Source of the DNA: Patescibacteria group bacterium
GTDB taxonomy: Bacteria > Patescibacteriota > Patescibacteriia > SG8-24
NCBI GenBank assembly: GCA_028714475.1
Contig: JAQTNC010000005.1
Coordinates: forward strand, 6,857-70,856
Direction of reading: 5' to 3'
Length of the DNA: 64,000 bases
A program made the position numbers and the translations under genes. How positions within the stretch are numbered: the first letter of the stretch is position 1; the number at the start of each line of letters is the position of its first letter. The notes beneath the pieces were generated by a model. It had not been told where the DNA came from, did no database searches, and worked only from the letters and a program-made list of their open reading frames with translations. Positions 28,687-37,859 of this stretch are shown in pieces.

Positions 28687-31095
28687 ATGAAACTGAATTG
28701 GAAAATTTCCCTCATTTTCGTGGGTAGCGCGGTTCTTTCCACGGCCGCGGCCGCGGTTTTTTCCGGTTCTTTCGCCGCCAAACTCCTGCAGGATCGGACG
28801 GGGCAGGAAAACCAGCGCATGGCGGTCAGCGCCTTGCGCGAAATTGACACCTTGATGGACGCTGGCGCTACCGATGTCCGGGTGGTGGCCTCTGACATCA
28901 AGCTCACCGAATTCGTGTTGGGCAAGTCGACGCAAGAAATGGCTAACGCGCAGATGGCGGAATTCATTGAGCTGTGGGGTCGCTGGAACTCACTTTCCGT
29001 CGTCGGTGTTGACGGGGTGGTTTTGGCCTCTGACGACGAAAGCATAGTTGGGCATCGTTATGGCGCCGGTACCGCGGACTTCCTGTCTTTACGGCAGGCG
29101 TTGGTTTCGCCCCGCGTTTATTGCTCCGGCGCGGTTTCGAATGAACACGGTTACGGCCGTGAGTTGGTTTTTGCCTATCGGATGGTTGATGTCAACAGGC
29201 TGGGCCATCCGATCATCGCTGTTGTCGTCGGCCATCTGGCCATGGGTGCCATAGACGACGTCTTGGCCGCGACTGACGCCAACACCTATTTGGTGAGCAG
29301 CAGCGGTGAAACTGTTTCCCGCAACCTGCGTGACTACGGCCAACATCCGGTGCCGAGCCGCCTCGCGGCCTCGACGGCCGCCATTTCGCTTGAAGGCTTC
29401 CGGTTGGTCTCGTCTGATGGCGCTCTTTCCGGGACACAGGTCATCGCCGGTTACGCGAAGGAGAAGGGGTTGGGCGAATACGGCGGCAGCGGCTGGACGG
29501 CGGTGGTGGAAACGCCTGTAGCTGATCTCTCCGAGGCGGTCCGCAGCCTGACCATCTCCATGACCGTCATCCTGCTGCCGCTGTTCGTGCTGGTTTCCGG
29601 CCTGGCGATGCTGTTCGTGGCCTTTTTCGCCATCCGGCCGGCCCTGTCGCTCACCCAGACGGTGCGCTTCTTCTCCGCCGGCGACATGAGCCGGCGCTCG
29701 ACCATCGCGAGTGGCGACGAGTTCGGCGTCCTGGCCAACGCCTTCAACGAGATGGCGGAACGCGTCCAGTCTCTGCAGGGTCGCTTGTCGAATGAGGTGG
29801 GACGCAAGTCGCGCGAGCTGAAGAGGAAGATTGTCGAGTTAGCCACGCGGAACGTCGAAAAGGAAGCGACGGAGGAGCGTCTGCGCGAACAGCTTGATCG
29901 CCAGGAGGCGCTCACCAACATCGGGCGGAATCTCATCACGGCGGCAGACATCAAGACGGCCCTGGGCGTGGCCGCCGCCTCGGCCCAGCGGCTGCTCAAG
30001 GCCGACGGGGCGCACGTTATCTTGGTGGCCAGCGATGGCCATACCATAACCGACTTCGGACGAAGCGGATGCCATTGTGACCTGTCTGTTTTGGTGCCGG
30101 ATTCCGTCGAGACCGTGGCCATGAAGACCGTCGAGCCAGTCGTTTCCCTTGATTTGTCCAGGGAAAAACGGTTCAAGCTGCCCGCGAATCAGGAGGGTGT
30201 TGATTACAGCAGCATTTTGGCGGTTTCGGTGCGTGGCGAGGCCGGCAGTCCCATCGGCGCGTTTTTGGCCGCCACGCAGCGCTTGAACGGCTTCACCGCA
30301 TCCGACGCCAGCTTCATCCGTTCATTGGCCGATCTCATTGGCTTGGCCGTGGAGCGGCGGGCGGCGGCGGAGCGCATCAGCGAGTTGGGTCGGTTGCGCT
30401 CCCGCATCATCCAGATCATCTCCCGCGACTTCCGCAACCCGCTGTCCGTGGCTCGGTGGAACCTGTCCGTCCTGCTGGGCGGTCGGGCCGGACGCCTGCC
30501 TGACGAACAGCGGGATCTGGTGCGCGTCACCGAGGAGGCCGTGAGTTCGGCCAGGAATTACGTGAACGACCTGCTGGCCGCGCTGGACATTGAGGAACAC
30601 CGGGTCGTTTTTGCGCCGACGCGGTTCCGCTTGGAGGACGCTTGGCTGGCCGTGCGGGCGCACTACCTTGGTCAGTTCCAATCCAAGCACATCGCCTTGG
30701 AGTACGAGCCGCCGAAGGAACCTTTGCCGGAGGTCATCGCGGATGAGGAAAAGATCCGCGACGTCATCGGAAAGTTCACGGATAATGCCTTGTCGTACAC
30801 GCGTTTCGCCGGCACGGTCAAGGTCCGCCTGTCGTCCGTCGCCGATCGGGTTCGCTTCGAGATACAGGACACCGGCATCGGCATCCCGGCGGCTGACCAG
30901 CCGGAAATCTATCGCCGCTTCTATCGGGCATCGAACGCCGTTTATGGCCGCACCGAAGCGCCTGGCCTGGGGTTGTTCATCGCCAAGCATTTCATCGAGG
31001 AACAGGGCGGCGAGGTCGGCTTCCGAAGCGAGGAGGGGAAGGGAAGCGTGTTCTGGTTTGAGTTGCCGACCGTGAAAAGAGAAAAGTCAAAATAA
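28687..31095 (+). CDS. sensor kinase-like protein (TM-Cache-TM-HAMP-GAF-HisKA-HATPase) lacking the phospho-His
   Basis: H-box reads SRDFRNPL; DEFGVLANAFNEM HAMP; DNALSYT, DTGIGIP, FYRA, GLGL. Confidence 0.88.
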   Translation: MKLNWKISLIFVGSAVLSTAAAAVFSGSFAAKLLQDRTGQENQRMAVSALREIDTLMDAGATDVRVVASDIKLTEFVLGKSTQEMANAQMAEFIELWGRWNSLSVVGVDGVVLASDDESIVGHRYGAGTADFLSLRQALVSPRVYCSGAVSNEHGYGRELVFAYRMVDVNRLGHPIIAVVVGHLAMGAIDDVLAATDANTYLVSSSGETVSRNLRDYGQHPVPSRLAASTAAISLEGFRLVSSDGALSGTQVIAGYAKEKGLGEYGGSGWTAVVETPVADLSEAVRSLTISMTVILLPLFVLVSGLAMLFVAFFAIRPALSLTQTVRFFSAGDMSRRSTIASGDEFGVLANAFNEMAERVQSLQGRLSNEVGRKSRELKRKIVELATRNVEKEATEERLREQLDRQEALTNIGRNLITAADIKTALGVAAASAQRLLKADGAHVILVASDGHTITDFGRSGCHCDLSVLVPDSVETVAMKTVEPVVSLDLSREKRFKLPANQEGVDYSSILAVSVRGEAGSPIGAFLAATQRLNGFTASDASFIRSLADLIGLAVERRAAAERISELGRLRSRIIQIISRDFRNPLSVARWNLSVLLGGRAGRLPDEQRDLVRVTEEAVSSARNYVNDLLAALDIEEHRVVFAPTRFRLEDAWLAVRAHYLGQFQSKHIALEYEPPKEPLPEVIADEEKIRDVIGKFTDNALSYTRFAGTVKVRLSSVADRVRFEIQDTGIGIPAADQPEIYRRFYRASNAVYGRTEAPGLGLFIAKHFIEEQGGEVGFRSEEGKGSVFWFELPTVKREKSK

Positions 31096-31104
31096 TCTGC
31101 CAGC

Positions 31105-32355
31105 ATGGGGCCGAACTTCCTGCCTACAACTAAGCGCGCTTGGCTCGGGGCGGCTTGTGGCGCGGTCGTTTTTTCGGGCGTTGCGGCCGTGGCTTGGAAT
31201 CGCCCAGCGCCGGTGTTGCCGCTCACCGTGGTTTCCGGCGGAGCAGCCCAAACGGACTCATCGGCGATTCCTGATGCGTCTGCGTTTGATGATTCGTCGG
31301 CAGCCGCTTCCGCGCCCGACGCCTTAAGCGCGGCTGCCGATTTCCCTTCGCCGAGACTGACAGTCGCGGCGGCCAAACCGGAAATCACGATTCTCGCGGT
31401 CGGCGACATCATGCTTTCGCGTACGGTGGCCGAACGCATCCGCCAAAACGGCGCCGCTTACCCTTATGCCCGCTTGGCCGGTTGGATCGCTTCGGCTGAA
31501 GTGGCTTTCGCCAATTTGGAAACGCCGCTCGTCGTCGGTCGGCCCGTGCGCTCCGGCGAGATGTCTTTTCATTCCGATCCGGGTCAGGCCAAGGAGTTGC
31601 GGCAGGCCGGATTTGACGTCGTTTCCTTGGCGAACAACCATACGCCGAACGCTGGCAGCGCCGGCTTGGCTTCCACCTTCCAGGCGCTTGCTGACGCTGG
31701 CGTCATGTTTTCCGGCGCCGGCAAGGATCTCGCCTCCGCCTCCGCGCCCGCCGTCGTCGAGGCCCAAGGCGTCCGGTTCGCCTTCCTTTCTTATAATGAC
31801 CCGTCCGTGGTGCCGGTGTCTTATGGCGCGACGGCCAGCCGGGGAGGGACGAACATGATGGATGCCAAAAGGCTGACCGCGGACGTGGCAGCGGCCCGAC
31901 AGCAGGCCGACGTCGTGATCGTTTCCATGCACGCCGGCGACGAGTATGTCGCCAGGCCGAACCGGCGTCAGGTCGAATTCGCGCATGCGGCCATTGATGC
32001 GGGCGCGGACGCGGTGATTGGCCACCATCCGCACGTCGTGCAGACGGCCGAGATATATAAGGAAAAGCTCATCCTCTACAGCCTCGGCAATTTCATCTTT
32101 GACCAGGATTGGTCACGCGCCACGCAGGATGGCCTGGCGGCGCGGCTCGTCTGGCGCGACGGGCGGTTCAGGCGCGTCGAGTTCACGCCGATTGACGTCA
32201 ACCTTTCCCAGCCGCGGACAGCGGACGCCGCCGGTGCCGAGCGCATCCTGAAAAGATTGGAACAGCCGCTTGTTCACCAGTCGTGCGCAAGCCCGGAAGA
32301 AGGCGATTGCCCATACATGGTTTTGTCGGCGGGAGCGGCGGCGAACGGGGAATGA
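31105..32355 (+). CDS. capA: CapA/PgsA-family metallophosphoesterase
   Basis: VGDIM, NLE, ANNH, MHAGDEY, GHHPH, YSLGNF. Confidence 0.9.
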   Translation: MGPNFLPTTKRAWLGAACGAVVFSGVAAVAWNRPAPVLPLTVVSGGAAQTDSSAIPDASAFDDSSAAASAPDALSAAADFPSPRLTVAAAKPEITILAVGDIMLSRTVAERIRQNGAAYPYARLAGWIASAEVAFANLETPLVVGRPVRSGEMSFHSDPGQAKELRQAGFDVVSLANNHTPNAGSAGLASTFQALADAGVMFSGAGKDLASASAPAVVEAQGVRFAFLSYNDPSVVPVSYGATASRGGTNMMDAKRLTADVAAARQQADVVIVSMHAGDEYVARPNRRQVEFAHAAIDAGADAVIGHHPHVVQTAEIYKEKLILYSLGNFIFDQDWSRATQDGLAARLVWRDGRFRRVEFTPIDVNLSQPRTADAAGAERILKRLEQPLVHQSCASPEEGDCPYMVLSAGAAANGE

Positions 32356-32474
32356 GCGCCGGTCTTGCGGCCGAGGGTTTGGCTTGACCATGGGCAATCT
32401 TTTGTTTAAAATAAGCTATTTTTTAGGTTCCGCCGTTGTCCAAAACAGCCAGATAGCCTATACTTTCTTACGCC

Positions 32475-33113
32475 ATGAACATCCGCGAATACTTCCGCTT
32501 CAACCCCGTCATCTGGGTGCTCATCTATTCGGATTTCCTCATCATCGCGGCGACCGGTTTCCTGTCGCCGATTCTGGCCGTGTATCTGACCGACCAGATT
32601 CGCGGCGGCTCTCTCACCGTCGTCGGCATCGCCACCGCGATTTACTGGATCGTGAAGTCAGTCCTGCAGGTGCCCGTGTCCCTGTACGTGGACCGGTCGC
32701 GCAGCAACCTCACGGCTTACTCGGTCATGGTCGTGGGCTCGTTCGTGAGTAGCGTCGTGCCGCTCCTGTATTTCTTCTTCGCGCGCGAGGTCTGGCATGT
32801 GTACATGATTCAAGCGATGGCCGGCGTGGCGGACGCGTTCATGGTTCCGACTTGGTTGGCGCTGTTCACGAAGCACGTTGACCGACACAAGGAGGCATCC
32901 GAATGGGCGGCCTACAGCAACGCGAGCGGCATCGGCTTCGCGCTCGCGGCCGCGATTGGCGGCACCATCGCCGAGCGGTTCGGCTTCCGCATCATCTTCC
33001 TGCTCGTGTCGGCCTGCGCGTTTGTCGGTACCCTGTTGCTTTTCGTCATCCGGCACCGCCTGGTCGTCGGGGAACACCGACAGGCGCTCGCTCGGCTGGC
33101 GAAATCCGCCTGA
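32475..33113 (+). CDS. half-size (6-TM) MFS-like membrane protein
   Basis: Six TM segments with MFS-type loops. Confidence 0.8.
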   Translation: MNIREYFRFNPVIWVLIYSDFLIIAATGFLSPILAVYLTDQIRGGSLTVVGIATAIYWIVKSVLQVPVSLYVDRSRSNLTAYSVMVVGSFVSSVVPLLYFFFAREVWHVYMIQAMAGVADAFMVPTWLALFTKHVDRHKEASEWAAYSNASGIGFALAAAIGGTIAERFGFRIIFLLVSACAFVGTLLLFVIRHRLVVGEHRQALARLAKSA

Positions 33114-33117
33114 ACCT

Positions 33118-33819
33118 ATGCTTGAATTCTGGCAGAACTACCTTTTCCGTCCGCTCCTCAACCTGCTGCTTTATCTTTATAGCGGGCCGGCTTTCGGCAA
33201 CATGGGTTTCGCCATCATCGAGCTGACGGTGCTGCTCCGCATCGCGCTTTTGCCGCTCACCCTTCTCGACGAGCGCAACCGCTCCCTTTACGAAAGGTTG
33301 AGCCGCAAGATGGAGTCGCTCGCGCGCGACTTCAAGGGCGACCACGTCAAGCGCAAGGAGATGATCCGCGAGCTGCTCAAGCAACATCGCGTCAACTACT
33401 GGGCCAAGGTGCTGGTGCTCGGCGTCCAGGGCCTGGTGCTCGTTCTTCTCTATCAGGTCTTCATGGGCGGCTTGAAGTTCGACCGGCCGGAGGCGCTGTA
33501 TTCGTGGGTCAACAGGCCCGAGGCCGTCAACACCCTCTTTCTCGGCTTCGACCTGGCCAAGCACAGCACGTTCTGGCCTTTGCTGGTGGCGGTCGTCCTG
33601 TTCCTGGAGATATATTCCGTCCAGAAGAAGCACGTCCATCTCGTCACCCGCTCGGACGTCATGTACCTGATTTTCTTTCCGCTGTTCACGGCCGTCGCGC
33701 TCCTGCTTTTGCCCATGGTCAAGTCGCTCTTCATCTTGACCTCGATGGTCTTCTCGATGCTCGTGTTTTGGATCAGGCAGGTGGTTTTTGGCCACAAGGT
33801 GTCCGAAGATGACGATTAA
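33118..33819 (+). CDS. yidC: YidC/Oxa1-family membrane insertase-like protein
   Basis: FRPLLNLL...GFAIIELTVLLRIALLPL...FLGFDL. Confidence 0.75.
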   Translation: MLEFWQNYLFRPLLNLLLYLYSGPAFGNMGFAIIELTVLLRIALLPLTLLDERNRSLYERLSRKMESLARDFKGDHVKRKEMIRELLKQHRVNYWAKVLVLGVQGLVLVLLYQVFMGGLKFDRPEALYSWVNRPEAVNTLFLGFDLAKHSTFWPLLVAVVLFLEIYSVQKKHVHLVTRSDVMYLIFFPLFTAVALLLLPMVKSLFILTSMVFSMLVFWIRQVVFGHKVSEDDD

Positions 33820-33846
33820 AAGCTTCAATTAAGCCAAAAAACAATT

Positions 33847-33874
33847 GCCGTCCTTGCCGGGACGGCGGTTTTTT
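33847..33874 (+). terminator. intrinsic terminator
   Basis: gccgtcc...ggacggc followed by a T-tract. Confidence 0.7.
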
Positions 33875-33941
33875 GGTTTACTGTATTGGTCTAAAGCCGG
33901 CTTTGTTGCGGACGGATCGCCGGCAGTTATCTATCGACGTT

Positions 33942-34538
33942 ATGGCCGACAGCCTGGATAAGATAATGTATTCCTTCGTCGTCGAGGACGTGCTGAAGGG
34001 ACTTTTCATTCACGTCCCGCCGGGATACGTCGCCTGCGTCTATGACCTCGGGCAGGGCGTGCTCAAGAAAGTCCTCACGCCGGGACTGCATCTCAAGATT
34101 CCGTTCTGGCAGAAGGCGAAGCTTTTCAACACGCAGACGCTTGAGTATTCCGTGAGCCGCCGTTTCAATCCAGAGAATGAGCAGGCGCTCGGCGACGGCC
34201 CGATCATCGCGCAGACCTTCGACAGCAAGCGCATCTCGGTCGAGGGCACGGTGCTGCTGCGGCTCGACGTGAACCAGGTGCCGACCATCTGGCAGACCAT
34301 TGGCGAGGATTTCGTCTCCAAGATCGTGCGGCCGACGATCCGCAGCCGCATGCGCATGATCACCAGTCGCTACAATTATCAGGACATCGTTTCCCTCCGC
34401 CGCGACGCGGTCGAGGTGGACTGCAAGAACGAGCTCGAGCGCATCTTCTATCCGCGCGGCATCTTCGTCGAGAACGTCCTGCTCTCGGAAATCTGCCACG
34501 TCGGCAACGCCAAGGCGCCGGAGGAGTGCGTGGAGTAG
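33942..34538 (+). CDS. SPFH/prohibitin (Band 7) domain protein
   Basis: VPPGYV...PGLHLKIPFWQK...IVRPTIRS...GIFVENVLL. Confidence 0.88.
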   Translation: MADSLDKIMYSFVVEDVLKGLFIHVPPGYVACVYDLGQGVLKKVLTPGLHLKIPFWQKAKLFNTQTLEYSVSRRFNPENEQALGDGPIIAQTFDSKRISVEGTVLLRLDVNQVPTIWQTIGEDFVSKIVRPTIRSRMRMITSRYNYQDIVSLRRDAVEVDCKNELERIFYPRGIFVENVLLSEICHVGNAKAPEECVE

Positions 34539-34558
34539 CGGTCGGGCTTGTCCCGACC
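34535..34558 (+). repeat. GTAG-type REP, overlapping the SPFH stop codon
   Basis: gtagcggtcgggcttgtcccgacc; related copies at 37828-37850 and 41442-41464. Confidence 0.7.
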
Positions 34559-34619
34559 TCACCAAATCGGACGCAAAAAACGTCGGGCGTACCGCGCCCG
34601 ACGTTTCGTTTTGGTGTCC

Positions 34620-34976
34620 CTAGTGCGCCGCATCACCCGTGGCCTCGATAATCATCATTTTGTAGAAGTTCACGATGTAAACCTCCGTCCAGGTTGCTTG
34701 GGTGTCGGGCTGCATACCCGGAAAAACGTCCTTCATCACCCTCTCGATTTCGCCCCGAATCCTGTCCAAAAAGGCGTCCCTGGCCTCCGCGTCCATGCCT
34801 TGCAGGGCGACCAGCGCCTCGCTGGCCATGGTCTCGAAAATCCGCTGCTTAGCTCCAGGTGGCTTGTCTTCCTTCAATTCCTGCTCATGACTATGGAATA
34901 TTTCCGTGGCCGCCGCCAAGGCGCGCTCCTTCGGGCTTGCTTCCGTTTCGTCGTGGTGATCTCGTTCCGAAAACAT
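34620..34976 (-). CDS. hypothetical protein
   Basis: ATG after an AT-rich promoter-like tract; acidic helical protein. Confidence 0.6.
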   Translation of the reverse strand: MFSERDHHDETEASPKERALAAATEIFHSHEQELKEDKPPGAKQRIFETMASEALVALQGMDAEARDAFLDRIRGEIERVMKDVFPGMQPDTQATWTEVYIVNFYKMMIIEATGDAAH

Positions 34977-35114
34977 AAGTTTATGGTTATTTTCTATAAT
35001 AATTATATCACGCTCTTTAAACGCGGGCCACACCTGGACTTGGTGCGGGTTGCTATATAGGGCACCAGCAAGCCGTTGCTGGTGCCCTTCTTCGCGTTGG
35101 GTTTCGAGACCCTT

Positions 35115-35654
35115 CTAGTTGTCGCCGGCGTAGAGGTTGTAGCCCAGGCCGTCCGGCGTGACCGTGCCGTCGGGGTCCTTGGTGAACTCGACGACACAGT
35201 TGCCCTCGGCGTAGCAGGTCAGCCACTTCGCGTCGTCCGGCGCGAAGGTCCGGACGTCGCGGATCGTGAGAGAGTCGATCGGCGCGATGGTGTGGCTGCC
35301 GTCGTCCCTGGTGACCGTCATGAACCGGCCCATGTATTGGCCCGGCCTGAAGTGGGACAGGGACAGGTCCAGGTAGTAGTTCCCGCTCACCTCGAACACC
35401 ACTTCCATCCCCAGGCCGTCCGGACCAGCGTAGTGGAACTCCGCGGCGGGATTGCCGTCGAAGTACTCGCCATTCACGACCATCATGCCTACGCAGTTGT
35501 CGCAGGCGTCCGGCGCGGCTCGGACGAGCCACTGGGGCGTCGCGAAGTCCACGAACTCGACGGTGGCGACCTCCTCGTCGTCCGGCGTGGCGGTTTGGTT
35601 GGCGCAGCCAGCGCCGACGATGGAGGATAAAAAGGCCAGGACGTACCAAAACAT
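35115..35654 (-). CDS. hypothetical lipoprotein
   Basis: MFWYVLAFLSSIVGAGC lipobox; start uncertain. Confidence 0.65.
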   Translation of the reverse strand: MFWYVLAFLSSIVGAGCANQTATPDDEEVATVEFVDFATPQWLVRAAPDACDNCVGMMVVNGEYFDGNPAAEFHYAGPDGLGMEVVFEVSGNYYLDLSLSHFRPGQYMGRFMTVTRDDGSHTIAPIDSLTIRDVRTFAPDDAKWLTCYAEGNCVVEFTKDPDGTVTPDGLGYNLYAGDN

Positions 35655-35844
35655 CTCTTTGCTTGTGTTCACTGTCTGCTCCGTTTCTGTTTGGGCGCCA
35701 AACGAGCGCCGAAGTTGAGGGAAATATAACAAAAAACGCCCCTTTTGTCAAGGGGTGGCCGACCGGCGATTAGGGCGATAATAAGAACGAGACCGCAAGG
35801 GCGGTCTCGGGATACCCGGACAAAACCGGGCTAAGGCTCGACTT

Positions 35845-36378
35845 TCAGCGACGTCGGCGGAGCTGGAGAACGCGACCCTTCTGGTGCAACAGGGTGAGAA
35901 CCTCGCGCGCCTCATCGAAGGTCGTCACGATGACGCCGCCGGAATCATGGATGAAGTATTCGACCTGCAAGTTGACGAGGCTGCCCTCGTTGTCGGCCGC
36001 CAAGCGGAAGTCGCCGCGGTAGCCGACGATTGTCTTTCCGGCCGCCGAGCCGTAGCCGATTTCTGCCGCCGTGCCGCTGTCCACGTCCGTGCCGTCGAGC
36101 ACCGCGAACATGCTGTGACAGCCAAGAATGGCGCCGGCGTTGTTTTCGCCGAAAACGCGATTCAACTTTGCCCAGGCACGCTTCCGACGCACGCCGTATG
36201 GCATGGCCAGTACCGAGTTGACTTGAGCCTGCGGTGTCAGCGTCCATGGGTCAATTGGTTCGTAGCCGATCCGCGTCACCATCTGGACGATTTTTTCGTG
36301 GAAAGCCCGTCCGACTTCGGAAAAGCCGAGCGGTCCCGCCAGGTACAGTCTGTGTTTGTGGCTTAGCAGGTTGTTCAA
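35845..36378 (-). CDS. nucleoside 2-deoxyribosyltransferase family protein
   Basis: LYLAGPLGFSE...DGTDVDSGTAAEIGY; TTG start with AAGGAGG SD. Confidence 0.9.
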   Translation of the reverse strand: MNNLLSHKHRLYLAGPLGFSEVGRAFHEKIVQMVTRIGYEPIDPWTLTPQAQVNSVLAMPYGVRRKRAWAKLNRVFGENNAGAILGCHSMFAVLDGTDVDSGTAAEIGYGSAAGKTIVGYRGDFRLAADNEGSLVNLQVEYFIHDSGGVIVTTFDEAREVLTLLHQKGRVLQLRRRR

Positions 36379-36489
36379 GGCTTGCCTCCTTTGACGGTAA
36401 ATTACGCCCTGGTCTCGGAAAAAACAAGAGGCGTCCGACGGATGGTCGGACACCAACAGGCTTGCGGTCGACGCAGCGGAGCGCCGGCA

Positions 36490-36771
36490 TCACCGAAACC
36501 GGATGATGCGGTAGAAATGAATGGCCCGTGCGGTATTGAGCCAAAGGCCGATGTAGGAGTGTTCGGTCACCACACCGACGGCGCCGATACCGGGAGCGCT
36601 CACGGCAGCCACGGCCTCGCGCAAAGTCATGGTCTTGCCATTGAGTGTGGCGGCAACCTTCACGATTTCATGGGGCAGGGGAGCGGCGGCTCCCAGCTGT
36701 CCAGGATGCGGATCGTAGAAAAACCGTGTTTCGCCGAGCAGGGCGGGATCACAGTCAGCGGGTTGGATCAT
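36490..36771 (-). CDS. hypothetical protein
   Basis: GAGG SD; 93 aa. Confidence 0.5.
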   Translation of the reverse strand: MIQPADCDPALLGETRFFYDPHPGQLGAAAPLPHEIVKVAATLNGKTMTLREAVAAVSAPGIGAVGVVTEHSYIGLWLNTARAIHFYRIIRFR

Positions 36772-36857
36772 GGCGTTTTCCTCGTTGTCGCGGAAAGAGC
36801 TTCTTGCGATATGTTACAGCGCGGTTGCCGGAGGGTCAAAACGTTTGCCTCAAGACT

Positions 36858-36911
36858 GATCATATCCCCAGTTTTTTCGGGGACAGTCCCCATGAAAATT
36901 GGGGATAGGTC
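36858..36911. repeat. long hairpin with a GGGGACAGTCCCC core
   Basis: tatccccagtttt...aaaattggggata arms around ggggacagtcccc. Confidence 0.6.
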
Positions 36912-37031
36912 GGTTTTTTGTACGGAATGGGCGGATGAATTGAAATCGCCGTCTCCTCAAGGGCAGGGGACGGCGCTTCGGCAAGAAGGCAAGCGGTTTT
37001 TGCGTCGTTGGCTAGGTAAGCGACGCGGCTA

Positions 37032-37059
37032 TTGACACCCCCTTTTGACCATATATAAT
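37032..37059 (+). promoter_or_regulatory. sigma70 promoter of the hrcA operon
   Basis: TTGACA-N16-TATAAT. Confidence 0.8.
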
Positions 37060-37085
37060 TAGCACTCGGAGGGGTGGAGTGCTAA
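37059..37085. promoter_or_regulatory. CIRCE element (HrcA operator)
   Basis: Perfect TTAGCACTC-N9-GAGTGCTAA. Confidence 0.97.
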
Positions 37086-37104
37086 AACCCCAGTCGAGCG
37101 ATTT

Positions 37105-37824
37105 ATGCCTCAATCACCGGAAAAACGCCGCAAGCAGGTTTTCCGCGCCGTGGTCCGCGAGTACGTGGATTCGGCCGAGCCGGTCGGGTCGGAAACGATC
37201 CTGGCCAAGTATGCTTTTGGCGTTTCCTCGGCCACGCTCCGCCACGACCTCGCTGATTTGGTCGAGCAGGGCTTGCTCGTCCAGCCGCACACTTCGGCCG
37301 GGCGCGTTCCGACTGAAAGCGGCTACCGCTCCTATGTCGAGCAATTTGTCCGCGAGGCGGTGCTGGCCGAACGTCAGCGTCAGGCCATTGTTGCGGCGAT
37401 GTCGGCCTTCGAGGCGCAACGCGAAACCGCCGCGCGATCCTTCGCGCGCATGGTGGCGGAGATGACCGGCGATGCGGTCGTATTGCGCCTGAATCCGGAG
37501 GAAACGCTTTTCTCCGGCCTCTCGAACCTCGCGGCCAAACCGGAATCGCAACTGACGCCGCTCATGCTGGAGTTGTCGCGCGCCCTCGACGAGATTGAGG
37601 CGACGATGGAGGAAGTGCGCCGGCGCCTGTCGCAGGACGTCGCGGTCTTCATCGGCCACGACAATCCATTCGGCCAGGAATTTGCCGGCGTCTTCACCGA
37701 GCTGGCCGTGCCCGGCGTCGGCGCCACGACCATCGGCGTCGTCGGCCCGAAGCGCATGGACTACGACCGCAACGTCGCGCTCCTCCGGTTCCTGAAGGAA
37801 AGCGGCGGAGAAGATAATGAATAA
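37105..37824 (+). CDS. hrcA: heat-inducible repressor HrcA (short form)
   Basis: AEPVGS, SSATLR, QPHTSAGRVPT, GPKRMDY; adjacent to CIRCE. Confidence 0.95.
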   Translation: MPQSPEKRRKQVFRAVVREYVDSAEPVGSETILAKYAFGVSSATLRHDLADLVEQGLLVQPHTSAGRVPTESGYRSYVEQFVREAVLAERQRQAIVAAMSAFEAQRETAARSFARMVAEMTGDAVVLRLNPEETLFSGLSNLAAKPESQLTPLMLELSRALDEIEATMEEVRRRLSQDVAVFIGHDNPFGQEFAGVFTELAVPGVGATTIGVVGPKRMDYDRNVALLRFLKESGGEDNE

Positions 37825-37859
37825 TATGTAGCGGGCGGGCTTGCCCCGCCACCACCGAC

